Below, piece after piece: positions 52,900 to 64,000 of a DNA stretch of 64,000 nt. The notes under the pieces are model-generated. The model saw nothing but the letters and a program-made list of their open reading frames with translations. It did not search any database and was not told where the DNA came from. Origin of the DNA: an uncultured Spirochaetota bacterium (GTDB lineage: Bacteria > Spirochaetota > Spirochaetia > SZUA-6 > Fen-1364). Made by a program: the position numbers and the translations under genes. The DNA is taken from positions 672,001 through 736,000 of the forward strand of contig CAWAHW010000004.1 of NCBI GenBank assembly GCA_963781885.1, in the 5' to 3' direction. How positions within the stretch are numbered: the stretch's first letter is position 1; each line of letters begins with the position of its first letter.

Positions 52900-54729
52900 A
52901 ATACTTGGCTATGTTCTATTCGTCCTAAAGTATGGCTGGGGCGTCATTCCGATCATTGGGATTCTCCTGCTTATCGCGAAGACCGGAGCGAATAGAGAAG
53001 CTCAAGGAAGTCGTTCTTTTTCCGTTATTTCGATTGTTTAAAGTGGGGACAAGGCAGTATATCGCCGCAACGGTCGCCTACGCAGCGACTAGCTTTCTTC
53101 AGGAAAATCTGCGCAAAGTGCTGAAATCCATTCCGAACATCCGCGTTAAGATACGGTGGGTAACCTCAGATACTGACCCTATCCTTAAGAGTGACGGTTC
53201 TCTGCTCATTTGCCTTCGCGAGACCGATGACCAAACGCGAAACATCATTGCGGCAACCCAGGCAACGCTACCGCATGTGATCTTCCCGGGGCTTCGCCCT
53301 CAAGTAGACAAGTATGCCGTTGCGTCCATAGATACTCACTATTCTTCGCAAGCTGTCGCTTGCGCTGGGCAAGTACGCATACCCGACCTTCGCAAGGTAC
53401 TTCCTCGGACCGCTCGTAGAGACCGACGATAGGGTTCGTGAGCTTTTCGGCAAGCTGGCAGAAGTTGACAACTCCGGAACCTTTGTGGCGGTGCTTCTTG
53501 AAGAGATGAATCAACTCTCCGAGCTTGCAGTTGCCAATGGCGACCAAACGAACAGAACCGACGAGGTGGTGAGTTTTATTGAGTACTTGTTGGAGGAAGC
53601 CAGGAGGGGACCCGGTGAGGAGATTCGACTTGGCTATTCCTCGCGCGCCTTCAAGGTTGGCATGATACTGCTCGCGAAAAGTTGGAAAGCACAACTCGAA
53701 GGGGTAAGGCCCTACCTCAATCGGCTAGATCGATACATTACGGGCCGGGTTCGACTCGATTTACGTCATTGCGTACTCCCAAGCATTCCAATTCTACGGC
53801 AAGCTGCTTACCGCCATTCAAGGGGACGCCCGTGTCAACCTTGTAGCCGATTCGACCGTTGCTGCAACCACCGACGGACAGCATACGCCCAGGCGCATCG
53901 CGCTGTTTAGGCGAGTCCCTATGTTTGTTGACCAGTCATTCCTTGACAAAGCCACTTCATTAGGGCTTACAGTCGGGAGTCGCGTCCGTGGCAAGGTTTT
54001 GCAGGCCGCCAAGGACCACGTACTCGTCGATGTACTCGGCTTGAACGGGATGCTCTTGCGGCGCAATTGCTCGTGGAGCCAGGTTACAGACTGCTCTGCC
54101 ATCTTCGAAGAGGAAACTGAAAAGGAGTTCGTCATCGCCAGAATGACACCGGTAGGTGTCAACTGTTGCTAACCGGCAGAACCGAAGAGTCAGACCCGTG
54201 GAGGGCTACGCAGCCTCCTGGGGTAGGGCAACGGATCCAAGTCGAGATTTACTACGCCGCGCCACATGGATGTCGCGCACTTACCGAAAACCTTTTGGAA
54301 GTGTTCATCCCTGGGGAGAGATTGATTGGCAAAATTTGCCAGAAGCCGAATTGGCAGGTATCGTCGGCAGCAGCCGGCTTGCTGAGGTCATATCGCACGA
54401 CGCCGAATCACGATTGATAATTGCAAGCGCAACCAGAACTACGGTAAAGTCCATGGCCGGCTATTGTCGCACGATACCCTCCGGGCACAACTTTCCGCGG
54501 CAGAGTGATCGGCGTTGACTATACTGCGGTGCAGGTCAGGATGCCTGGAGGCGAGGTTGGATTGCTGCCGCGGTCATCAATGTTGAGAGCCAGATTCGAG
54601 TACACGGACTTCGAAAAGACCGTCGTAGTTGGCCAAGGTTTAGATGTGGTAGTTAAAAGTATAAGCACTTCGAAGCGCAAGATTCGTCTAGAGTTACAGC
54701 GTAATCTTGAGGATGAGAGGTCACGGTAG
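52892..54729 (+). CDS. Membrane-anchored protein with three C-terminal S1 (OB-fold) domains (multiple frameshifts)
   Basis: N-terminal TM; VGSRVRGKV...VDV...SW, VGQRIQVEI...FIP.GEI, PGTTFRGRV...GLLP...VGQGLDVVV...RKIRL; DPW-type linkers as in ribosomal protein S1. Confidence 0.7.
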
Positions 54730-55318
54730 ATCTATTCGGTCTTTTTTGACCGGGCTTCAAGATAGCAAAGCGCTAGAGCTATCAGATGAAGTTCGGAACC
54801 GCAAACTGCTCATTCAAAAAGTGCTTCCCTCGAATTAGGCGCCCCGCCGCATCACAATCTGCCCGTTATCGCCAACGGCCGGCACCTTCGGTATCTGGAC
54901 CGAACCTCTCTTCAGTGTTAACCGAAGTAGGCGTGCCTTCGCCGCCGGACTTGACTGGCATGCGCGGATGAGCCGTGTCACCTAAATCGTAAGCAAGCCC
55001 AAGGGGTGGAACGGTCTAAACAAAGCGAGGATGGAACCCCCGCAATGAGTCTGCAAGAGCCGGCTCGCCCCCTGTCACCATGAAGCGAATCAGAGGAGTT
55101 CGACCTTGCAGGACATCGCAGAACCTTTGATTCTCGGTGAGCCGGGTTTTTGCTTCAATAGACATATGCGACGGGCCGGTCGTCATCAACATACACGACC
55201 GAGGCGACAAGAATCGTTGAGGGCCATGTTCGCACCCGTCACTCCGATCAAGCAAAGACTAGCTGCGAAATTGACGTCAATATGCTATAAAGAAGTCACC
55301 ATAATTGTTGGAGGATCT

Positions 55319-58300
55319 ATGCCCGCCGTCGCGGCCTCGAACCTGCCCCGGATCGGCCTTAACGCCTATCTCCGTTCGCGTTGGGGGATAATTACCAACG
55401 TTGAGCCCTTCGATACACGAGGACCCGAGGGGATTCTCCACGTCGTTACCATAGAGTACGGAGCATCTGACGGTGGCGGAGAGGACATGGTCGTCTGGGA
55501 ACGGGAAGGCGACGCACGAGTCCTCGAGATCAGCAGGATTGGAGACCTCTCGGGCACCAAACCAATGGATCCTGAGGATCATGCGGCCATGATTTCCGCG
55601 GCGCGGTGGAACGCTCTCACGCCCTTCTTGTCCCCTTTCTCCCCGAATGAGCGTGCGAGGAATCTCGCTTCCAGTCCCCTCTTTGGCGCGGTGCAGAGCG
55701 AGGACTACCAAATGGTTCCGCTCCTTCAAGCGCTGTCCATGGAGCGCATATCGCTCCTCCTTGCGGACGATGTGGGCATAGGGAAGACGATCGAGACGGG
55801 GCTTATTGTGACTGAGCTGTTGTTGAGGAGGAAGATCCGGCGCGTCCTCATCCTGACTCCCGCGAGCCTCAAGTCGCAGTGGAAGGAGGAAATGAAGGAG
55901 CGCTTTAGCCTTGTCTTCGATGTCATGGACCGCGACGAAACTGCCCGCTTCCGTCGAAGCCAGGGACTCGATGCAAATCCATGGCGGCTTCTTCCTCGAA
56001 TTATTGCGAGTTACTACTATCTCCGTCGACCGGACGTCCTCGAGCAATTCCTATCCACCTGCCGCGACGCAATAAGACCTGGCGGAGAAAGCGGTAGGCT
56101 TCCCTGGGATCTCCTCATAGTGGATGAGGCTCACAACCTCATGCCAGTTCCCTTTGGTGAGGAGTCGGACCTCACGAAGATGCTTCGGGAGATTGGACCC
56201 TACTTCGAACATAAGCTCTTCCTTACCGCAACACCGCACAATGGCCACACTAGAAGCTTTACCGGTCTTCTCGAGCTCCTTGATCCCGTTCGCTTCGTAC
56301 AGAAAAGCGAGCTTTCTGAAACAGAGCGTTCGCTCGTCAAGAACGTAGTCGTTCGGAGGCTCAAGCGTGAGATCAACGCTCAAGATCGCGCCGCAAAGCG
56401 CCCACAACGATTTGTAGATCGGAGCGTCTCGCCGGCTCCTGTATACTTGAGCCCAGCGGAGAACAGACTCTACGCAGCCTTTGATGCTTTCCGCTCGTCC
56501 ATGAAGAGGCTCGTGAGATCCGCGGGAGTCGAAAAGAACCGGGTAGGTGCCTTCGCTGTAGAGATACTGGCGAAGCGCCTTCTTCCTGCCCATTCGCCTT
56601 TGCTGATTCTTGGTTCCGGATGGTGCGGAATCTTCATGTTGAAACGGACATTGGTGAATCTCGGTCGTTACAGACGAGGCGGTCAATAGAGCGAAGCGAG
56701 ACCTGGATACTGAAACCGAGGACGATCAAGAGAAGACCTCCCGAGAAGGCTTTGCGAGCGCGACCGTGGGCGCCTGGCTAAAGCCCTGGGCCTCGCAGCT
56801 TAAAAGCGAGATCGATGAGATTGGCGCAGCGATCGCGGCATTAATATTGATTCCGCCGACCCAATCGAGGCGCCCGAGGACAGCAGGATCGAAAGGCTCA
56901 TTGAGACGATTGAAAGCGAACTCCGTGAGGGCGACTCCTGGCGAGACGATGAGAGGATGATTGTATTCACTGAGTACAAGACTACTTTGGACTATCTGCA
57001 ATGCGAAGCTGTGGAAGCGCTACCCCGAGGATCCAAAGCGTATAGCGCTTCTCTACGGAGGAAGTGATCCGAGCATGAATGCTAAGCGGCGAGACGAAAT
57101 CAAGCGCCGCTTCAACGACCCCGCGATCCTGTCCGTATACTTTTGGCCACGGACACCGCAAGCGAAGGCCTCAACCTCCAAGCGACAGCCCATAGAGTCT
57201 TCCACTTCGATTCCCTGGAACCCTTCGCGGCCTCGAGCAGCGGAATGGCCGCCTCGATCGTCACGGCCAGGCTCGCAATGTAGTCGTCTATCACTTCACC
57301 TGCGAACAGAACCTGGACCTGACCTTCCTTGCCGGAATCGTCGTCAAGGTTCAGCAGATTCGCGAAGATCTGGATCAATGGGGGAAGTCTTTGATCAGGG
57401 CATTTCAGCGTCGCCTCCTGGACGGAGAGGAAGTCCAGACTGTAGTTAGCGATCTGGAGCCTCGACATCCAGCGCCGTAAGGCCGAAACAATGTGCCTGT
57501 GGGAAGCTAATGCTCGGTAGATGGCGATATCGCACGATACCGTTCCGCTCTGGGCTTCACCCCAGAAGCATTCAAGCGTTCATCGATCGGGCCATGTCCG
57601 GGAAGAGCGCTCCGCCATCCGCGTCTGACAGGGCCTGAAAGCTCAGGAAGTATCGCCTCAAGCTTCCTCTGCCGGTCGACTGGAAACGTCTCATAGAGGA
57701 TGAGATAGCCGATCCTAGAAAGCAGGGCAATCCCGGCTTTAATATTCGATGGGATGGCATGCGTGGAGCAGATACATGGAAGACCTCTCTTCAAAGTGCC
57801 TGCGGACGCAAGACTCCTACATCTAGGGCATCCCCTCGTCCGGGAGGCCTTGGCCGTCTGGTCTCGACGTCGATACGAGGCCTGGGTAGACCGCAGCGGC
57901 GGCGCTGGGCCATGGACAGTTCATCGTGGGAAGTTGCCTGCCGGGGACCCGAGCAATGATCGGATTACCGTAGAAGAACTTGCCGTGAATGAGCTTCGGG
58001 AAGCATTCCATCATTGGGTACGCATCTGGGAATGCCCAATAGTGGCCGGCGCCGATGGGCGATCTGCGAATGTTGGGACGCCGCATCCTCTATCACGACG
58101 CAGGATGGAATGGATGCGACGCTTCCTCGCCGGGGGTTCCACGAGAACCTTATTAAGGGCGCGGGACATATTTATGGACATCGAGGATGATATTGCCAAG
58201 GCGTTCGCCTCGATCCGCGACAGACTTGATTCCGCACTCAAACCGCTCCTTGCCGAGGCTACTAAAGAGGAAGTTGGAAAGGAAAAGCAAAGGCTTGACG

Positions 58301-58614
58301 CACGGATCGCTGAGATCGATATCGCGATGCGAGATGCAAAAGTAGAGGCGATCGCGAAAGAGCTCGAACAACTTGTGGCGGACGGAGAGACTTGGCTCTT
58401 TGAGGAGATAACGAGGGACGAGGCGGAACGCAAACGGCGGCTTGAGGAAGAACTCGAACTCAGGAAGCGTCGTTATCGCGAGCTGCGCGAGTATCTCAAA
58501 AACGAACGGGAACGCCTTATCAAAGAGGTTCTGCCTCGCCGCTTTGCCCTTTCAGGAGGCGTACAGGCATTTCCCGTGGGAATTGAGATCATCCTTTCAG
58601 AGGTCTCGCAATGA
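55319..58614 (+). CDS. drmD: SNF2-family helicase, DISARM DrmD-like (multiple frameshifts)
   Basis: LADDVGIGKT, DEAHN, TATPHNG, and frameshifted SEGLNLQ / PWNPSR.EQRNGR.DRHGQ. Confidence 0.75.
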
Positions 58615-61600
58615 CTGACCACAACCATACCGACCAGATTTGGTGGAACTCGCTAAATCACGGGGGGCTTGTTCTATCCCCCGCGCAAGTAAGGAATCTA
58701 GACGAGGAAGTCGATAGTCTTCCGCCACTTTCCGACTACGCATATACGAAGCTCAAGAACGCCAGTCTCGCCCAAAGGGACGACTGGACAAGTCCGCCTG
58801 CCATTGTGCTTGAGGCGCTCTGGAACGTTATCCTTAGAAAGGGATCCGATGGTTGGATTAACGCGCCAGATGCAGGTTGGTCAATCGAATCAGTAACCGG
58901 GCGTATCGTAAAGCCGTGGCGTGTGTACGGCAAGGACGGACTGATCCTGCCAGTATTCCTAACGGACAAGACCGAACGTGGATCGGGGAAGCCTCTTTCA
59001 CGAAATCGACGTTTTATCGCCAGGGTCCTCGAGTGGCAAAGAAAAAAGGGCCTGCGCTTCGCCATCGCGACAAATGGGGCCCAGTGGCGTTTTATCCACG
59101 CCGGACCCGACTATGAGTCGTTCACCGAATGGGATGAAAGCCTTTGGTTCGAGAAAGGGCAGGCCGGAGCCCAGATCGACGCCTTCCGTGTCCTCTTCGC
59201 CGATCTCCCGCGGCTTTACGAGCTGGCAGCGAATGCCAAGGCAGGCCAGGGCGAACTCTCCCGGGACCTGGGAGAACGGATCAGACGGGGTGTGGAACTC
59301 CTTGTCGGGTCATCCGGAGAACGCTTCGAGGATTTCGCGAAGGATGATGACGGACGTCGGGCCGTCTACCTCGCGTCAGTCAGAATCGTTATGCGGCTCA
59401 TCGTCATCCTTTTCTCGGAAGCTCGAGGGCTCCTCCCTCGGGACAACCCGGTTTATGCAAGGAGCTATAGCCTAGAAGGTCTTCGTGACCAGTTACATAG
59501 GAGGCTGGGTCGGAAGGATGGAAGCCTTCGGAGTGGGCGGAGCGCCTGGCCGCGAGTACTGTCGCTCTTCCGCTTGGTCTATTCGGGAAGCCGACACGCG
59601 GCACTTCCGATGACAGCTTACGGCGGGGGACTTTTTGAGCCGGGAAGGGCTGAGGCCGAAGATGCCACCTCTCGGGCTTTGGCGGCTTTTGAGGATGTTG
59701 CGCGACCTCTCGCAGACGCGGACATGGCGCAACTCCTTGACCTCCTTTGTTTTGCCACCTATCGCACGCGTCAGGGCCGCGGCTCCATCTCGGTCAAGGC
59801 GCCCGTAGACTTCTCCGACTTGTCAAGCGAGTACATTGGCATACTGTACGAGGGCCTCCTCGATTTTGAGCTCAGACGAGCTGAAGCAGCCGATGCTGTG
59901 GTATTCCTAAATGCCGGCGATCAGCCAGCCCTCCCACTTTCCCGTCTTGAGGGAATGTCGGATAAGGAGATAGAAGCGCTCTTCAAGGAGCTGGTGAAGG
60001 CTGCAAAAAAAGAAAAGGTTGGAGAAGACATCGAGGAAGAAGATCCTTCCGCGGACGCGGACACTTCGGAGGATGAAGAGGGCGCCGAGGTCGAAGCCGC
60101 GGGAGGGAATGACGAAGAAGTCCCGGAACCGGTTGAGGATGAGGACGATGAAGCTCCAATTGATGAGCGGTCCGCCGAAGACCTCGCGGCCGATCGGATT
60201 AGGGGCTGGAAGCTTCGTGCTGCTTTTGCGCTGGAGCCTAAAGAAGCGCAAGACTGAATCCGACGCAAGCTTTCAGGAGCGGATAGAGCGAGCGACGCGA
60301 TCCGTGAGTATCCGTGATGTCCTACCTGGCGAGTGGTATCTCGTGCGCTGGGGCGGGACGCGGAAAGGCTCCGGTACTTTCTACACGCCTCCGGGCCTCG
60401 TAGCGCCGACAGTGCGACGGACACTCGAGCCCATTCTCTATGAAGTGAGTGGCAAGGCGAAACGGCCGAAGATACCCGAAGCCATCCTTTCCCTCAAGGT
60501 CGCGGACATCGCAATGGGTTCAGGCTCTTTTCTCGTCGGGGCTCTTCGGGAGATAGCGGATGCTCTTCTTGAAAGCCTCTATCATTCACCGGCGACTATC
60601 CTCGCGCGAGGACGGTACAATCTGCCGCCTTGCGGACGGCGGCGATGCGGGAATCATGGATGACATTATCCCTCTCCCCCAGAGCCATGACGCCTTTGAA
60701 GATCGCCTTCGCGGCAGGCTCAAGCGCCATATTGCTGAACGCTGCATCTATGGTGTTGATATCGATCCCCTTGCGGTGGAACTCGCCCGCCTTGCTCTCT
60801 GGGTAGAGACAATGGACTACGAGCTTCCCTTCACCTTTCTGGACCACAAGCTCAAGGTCGGGAACAGTCTCGTCGGCTGTCGCTTCTCGTGGCTTGGGCA
60901 TTATCCGCTCAATGCGTGGAGCAGAGAAGGCCCTGATAAAGAACACCCTTGGACAAAGGCGTACAAAGAGCTTTTGAACGGGAGCGTGAAGCCGTCGATC
61001 TGTACCTGGCTCGAGGCAGAGCAGGGACAGATTCTCATGTTTCAGGAGTACACGGCCCTGCGGAGCAAGGTCCACACGGAGGGCATGGCTGCCTTTGCCG
61101 AGCTTCATGCCCTGCCCGTATGGCAGGCGGATGAGCGACGGAAGAGTATACCACGAAAAGATAGTGGCAAACGTTGCAGTCCGCTCGCTCAAAGACCAAC
61201 TCGATCTATGGTGCGCCCTGTGGTTTTGGCCACCTGAGAAGTTGGGCGCAGCCCCATTTGCGGGCGACCTGGCGCGTCCTTCGGCTAGAGGCTCTGGAGA
61301 TTGTGCGTGAGCTTGCCCGCGAAGGAGCGCTTTTTTCCACTGGGAGCTTGAGTTCCCTGATGTGTTCACGGGGAACGCAGACGGGTAAGGCATACCTGGA
61401 TTCGACGCGATCCTGGGGAATCCGCCTTGGGACGTTTGGAAGCCGAATTCGAAAGAGTTCTTCTCCAACATCGATCCTCTGTACCGGAGCTACGGAAAGA
61501 CCGCTGCGGAGGCGAAGCAGAAAGAATATTTCGCATCCTCCGCCGCGAGAAAGGCGGAGTGGGACGGCTATCGTGACCGCTTCAAAGCCATCTCGAACTG

Positions 61601-63481
61601 GACTTCTCTTGTCCGCAATCCCTTCGGCGATCCGAATGTATCTGACAAAGGAAAGCTATCGCTAACAAAGTCGACGGTGAACAGCGAGCTCAAACATGAA
61701 ATATGGCGTTCCGCTCGAAGGCGGGCTGTTGGCTACGTTGATCCAGCGCCACTCTTCTCTCGGCAGGGAGGCGGCGATGTGAACAGCTACAAGCTGTTCG
61801 TTGAGCACGCCTTCCTTCACCTGCGATCTGGCGGACGAATGGGTTACATCACCCCCAGGCGGGCATATACGCAGACTCAGGGTCGGACGAGCTGCGGGAG
61901 ATGCTTCTCAAGCGCGGATATTGGGACTGGCTCTTCGGTTTCGAGAATCGCGACAAGATCTTCCGACATTCATCGTCGCTTCAAGTTCTGTGCTTTCATA
62001 ACGGGCAAAGGGGAGACAACCGAATCCGTTCGCGTCTCTTTCATGAACCGCGCCCTCGAAGCTTGGGACACTGGGGCATCAGATCCATGACCGTGGCCCA
62101 GGTAAAAGCATTTTCTCCAAAGTCGGGATCCTTCTTGGAATCCGTGGGAAGCGCGACCTCGCGATTTTGGAGAAGATATACGGCAATCCTAACGTAGTTC
62201 TTCTGGGCGAGGAGGCGGACCAAGGATGGGGACTAAAGTATGGCACAGAATACCACATGACGAATGACGCCAAGCTTTTCCGCCTATCGCCAAGTGGGAG
62301 GAGAAAAGCTATCGCAGCGATGAGTATGGACACTGGCTCAAGGGCGATTGGCAAGCTTATACGGGTCCTGACGACAATTTGGGAAGACCCTCTGACCCTT
62401 CTCAACGCGAAGCAGGGACTGTCCTCTCACAGGATAGAAGACACATCCTCAACCTGAATAGCCTCGAAGACGTGGCGTTGCCCCTCTACCAAGGCGTCAT
62501 GATCAACCATTTCGACTTCGCGGTGAAGTCCTACGTATCCGGCGCTGGCAACCGCGCCCAGTGGGCCGAGCAGGCACGGGTCAACGACTCATCCGCCCTC
62601 AGTTCCTTATTGGAATGAGGATGAATGAATACAACTTCGGTCAAGTCAAGGTTGTTTTTAGGGCGATATCGAATGCCACAAATGAAAGAACCATGATTGC
62701 TTGCTCAATCACCGGACTTGCCATTTGGGCATTCGCTATCACGATATACAGTGCAATACGGGAATCCGTTCGCGTTCTCAGGCATGCTTTCTTCTCTTGT
62801 ATTCGACTCACTACTAAGAATCCATTTACTGGCACGAATGTAGAGCCGGTTCTTACTTGATGAAATTCCCGTAATCAAGATGGATATGGCAAAAAGCATT
62901 GGCGAGCTTTCGCAAAAGCTAAGTGCAACCCATATAGCCTTTGCATCTTGGAGCGAGACTCCTCCCTCTGCCTGGCTCACAGATCCGAATCCCGGGCGCA
63001 GGCTCGCGCTGAGCTCGACGCTCGGGTAGCACTCCTTTACGGCCTTGATGAAGATGACCTCTCCTACATTCTCTCAGACTGCGAGCACCCGGCGGACAGC
63101 CTAAGTCAGAAGGCTTTTGCTCGTGGACTCGACCCACGTGGCTTCTGGCGTGTGGACAAAGAGCTGCGGCCAGAAGAGCGTCATACAGTACGGACGCTCA
63201 GAACCTTCGAGGCGATCAAAGAAGATACACATATGGAGACTTCGGTGAAGCGGCACAACAGCATGGCCGCGGACGCTTCCAAAGAGCGTGAACTTGTCCT
63301 TGCGCATCGGAAGCTCATCGCCAGGATCAGGGGATTCGGGCTGAGAGATTTGGTACCGACGGTTCCGAAGGCAACGAAGGTAACGCCGGATCTACCTGCA
63401 AGAAGAGGCAGGGGCTGTTGTTTTGATACCCATAACTTGAGACAGGAGGATTTATGGCATCGCGCTACATTTCTTCGCTAA
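58611..63481 (+). CDS. Large N6-adenine DNA methyltransferase (DrmMI/Eco57I-like; multiple frameshifts, end uncertain)
   Basis: ATNG..WRF, YEGLLD, RKGSGTFYTPP, DIAMGSGSFL, GVDIDPLAVELA, GFDAILGNPPW (~61400-61430); ATGA overlap with the helicase. Confidence 0.8.
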
Positions 63482-64000
63482 ATGATGACGAATACAAGAA
63501 ATTGACGCAAAAGCTGCATGAGATTCAGGCAGGATCCTGCTTTATCTGTCAGAAAGCCATTGATTTGGCTATACATGAAACGAACATTGATCATATTGTT
63601 CCCCTCGCCGCAAAAGGAAAGGATGCAGAAGAGAATTTCGCCCTTGCCCACGATGCCTGCAATAAGTCAAAGCAGGATGCAAATCTCCGCATTGCTCGTG
63701 TGTTGCACCGGCTAAAAGATATTCAGGAGACCGTACAGGCAGAAGAGGGGCGTTCGGCATCTTTGAAAGACGTGCTCGCCGCCTTTGGCGGCGCTAAATA
63801 TGCGTTCAAATACCGGATCGAAGAGGACAGACTTATCTATAGTTTCGGCGATATCGGGGATACCGACATTCGGTCAACTGCTGTTATCGACAAAATTTCC
63901 AACGAAAAGACATGCTTTCTAAACGTGCCACTCGCCTACATTCATCATGATTCTATTATCAATCCGCGCGGCATCAACAGCTCGATATCTTTGCTTGTGA
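63454..64000 (+). CDS. HNH endonuclease, partial (runs off the window end; absent from the ORF track)
   Basis: AGGAGG RBS; MASRYISSL...CFICQK...IDHIVPL...N...AHDACNKSK; frame open to the end. Confidence 0.85.
   Translation, partial: MASRYISSLNDDEYKKLTQKLHEIQAGSCFICQKAIDLAIHETNIDHIVPLAAKGKDAEENFALAHDACNKSKQDANLRIARVLHRLKDIQETVQAEEGRSASLKDVLAAFGGAKYAFKYRIEEDRLIYSFGDIGDTDIRSTAVIDKISNEKTCFLNVPLAYIHHDSIINPRGINSSISLLV

Larger units (their letters stand above)
40674..64000. mobile_element. tRNA-Arg-integrated genomic (defence) island; right end not in window
   Basis: Integrase directly after the tRNA, visible drop in GC, IS element and nuclease/helicase/MTase cargo. Confidence 0.85.

Noticed and set aside
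54306-54316. catccctgggg match to the tRNA 3' end as the island's right att site
   Set aside because: It is only 11 bp, lies inside the S1-protein coding region, and island-like cargo continues beyond it.

Overview
The window has two parts. Bases 1-40.6 kb are GC-rich core genome. The large LepB, the OmpA lipoprotein with Ig-like repeats and the GPAT suggest a free-living spirochaete, but that taxonomy is inferred. This part holds the pdhA(3' end)-pdhB-pdhC-lpdA operon, glmS, and a full trpL-E-GD-CF-B-A operon with a multi-hairpin attenuator, plus kdgK-eda, eno, rpiA, rlpA and two intergenic repeat clusters. At tRNA-Arg(CCT) (40600-40673) a visibly less GC-rich integrated island begins and runs off the window end. 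It carries a tyrosine integrase, a 7-bladed beta-propeller lipoprotein and four orphan ORFs behind a perfect sigma70 promoter. These are followed by a co-oriented defence-like array: GmrSD-like DUF262/HNH (split by an IS1380 element with a CTAG duplication), an HNH protein, a Zn-ribbon/HEPN protein, a DUF5677-like protein, a small Zn-finger plus membrane-anchored triple-S1 protein pair, and a DISARM-like SNF2 helicase plus adenine MTase followed by another HNH gene. Several of these genes are separated by degenerate attC-like sites. The best candidates for new biology are the Zn-finger/TM-S1 pair and the decayed integron-cassette-like array that contains it. Many island genes have single-base frameshifts, which may be assembly errors. 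No database searches were run; all family calls come from motif recognition.
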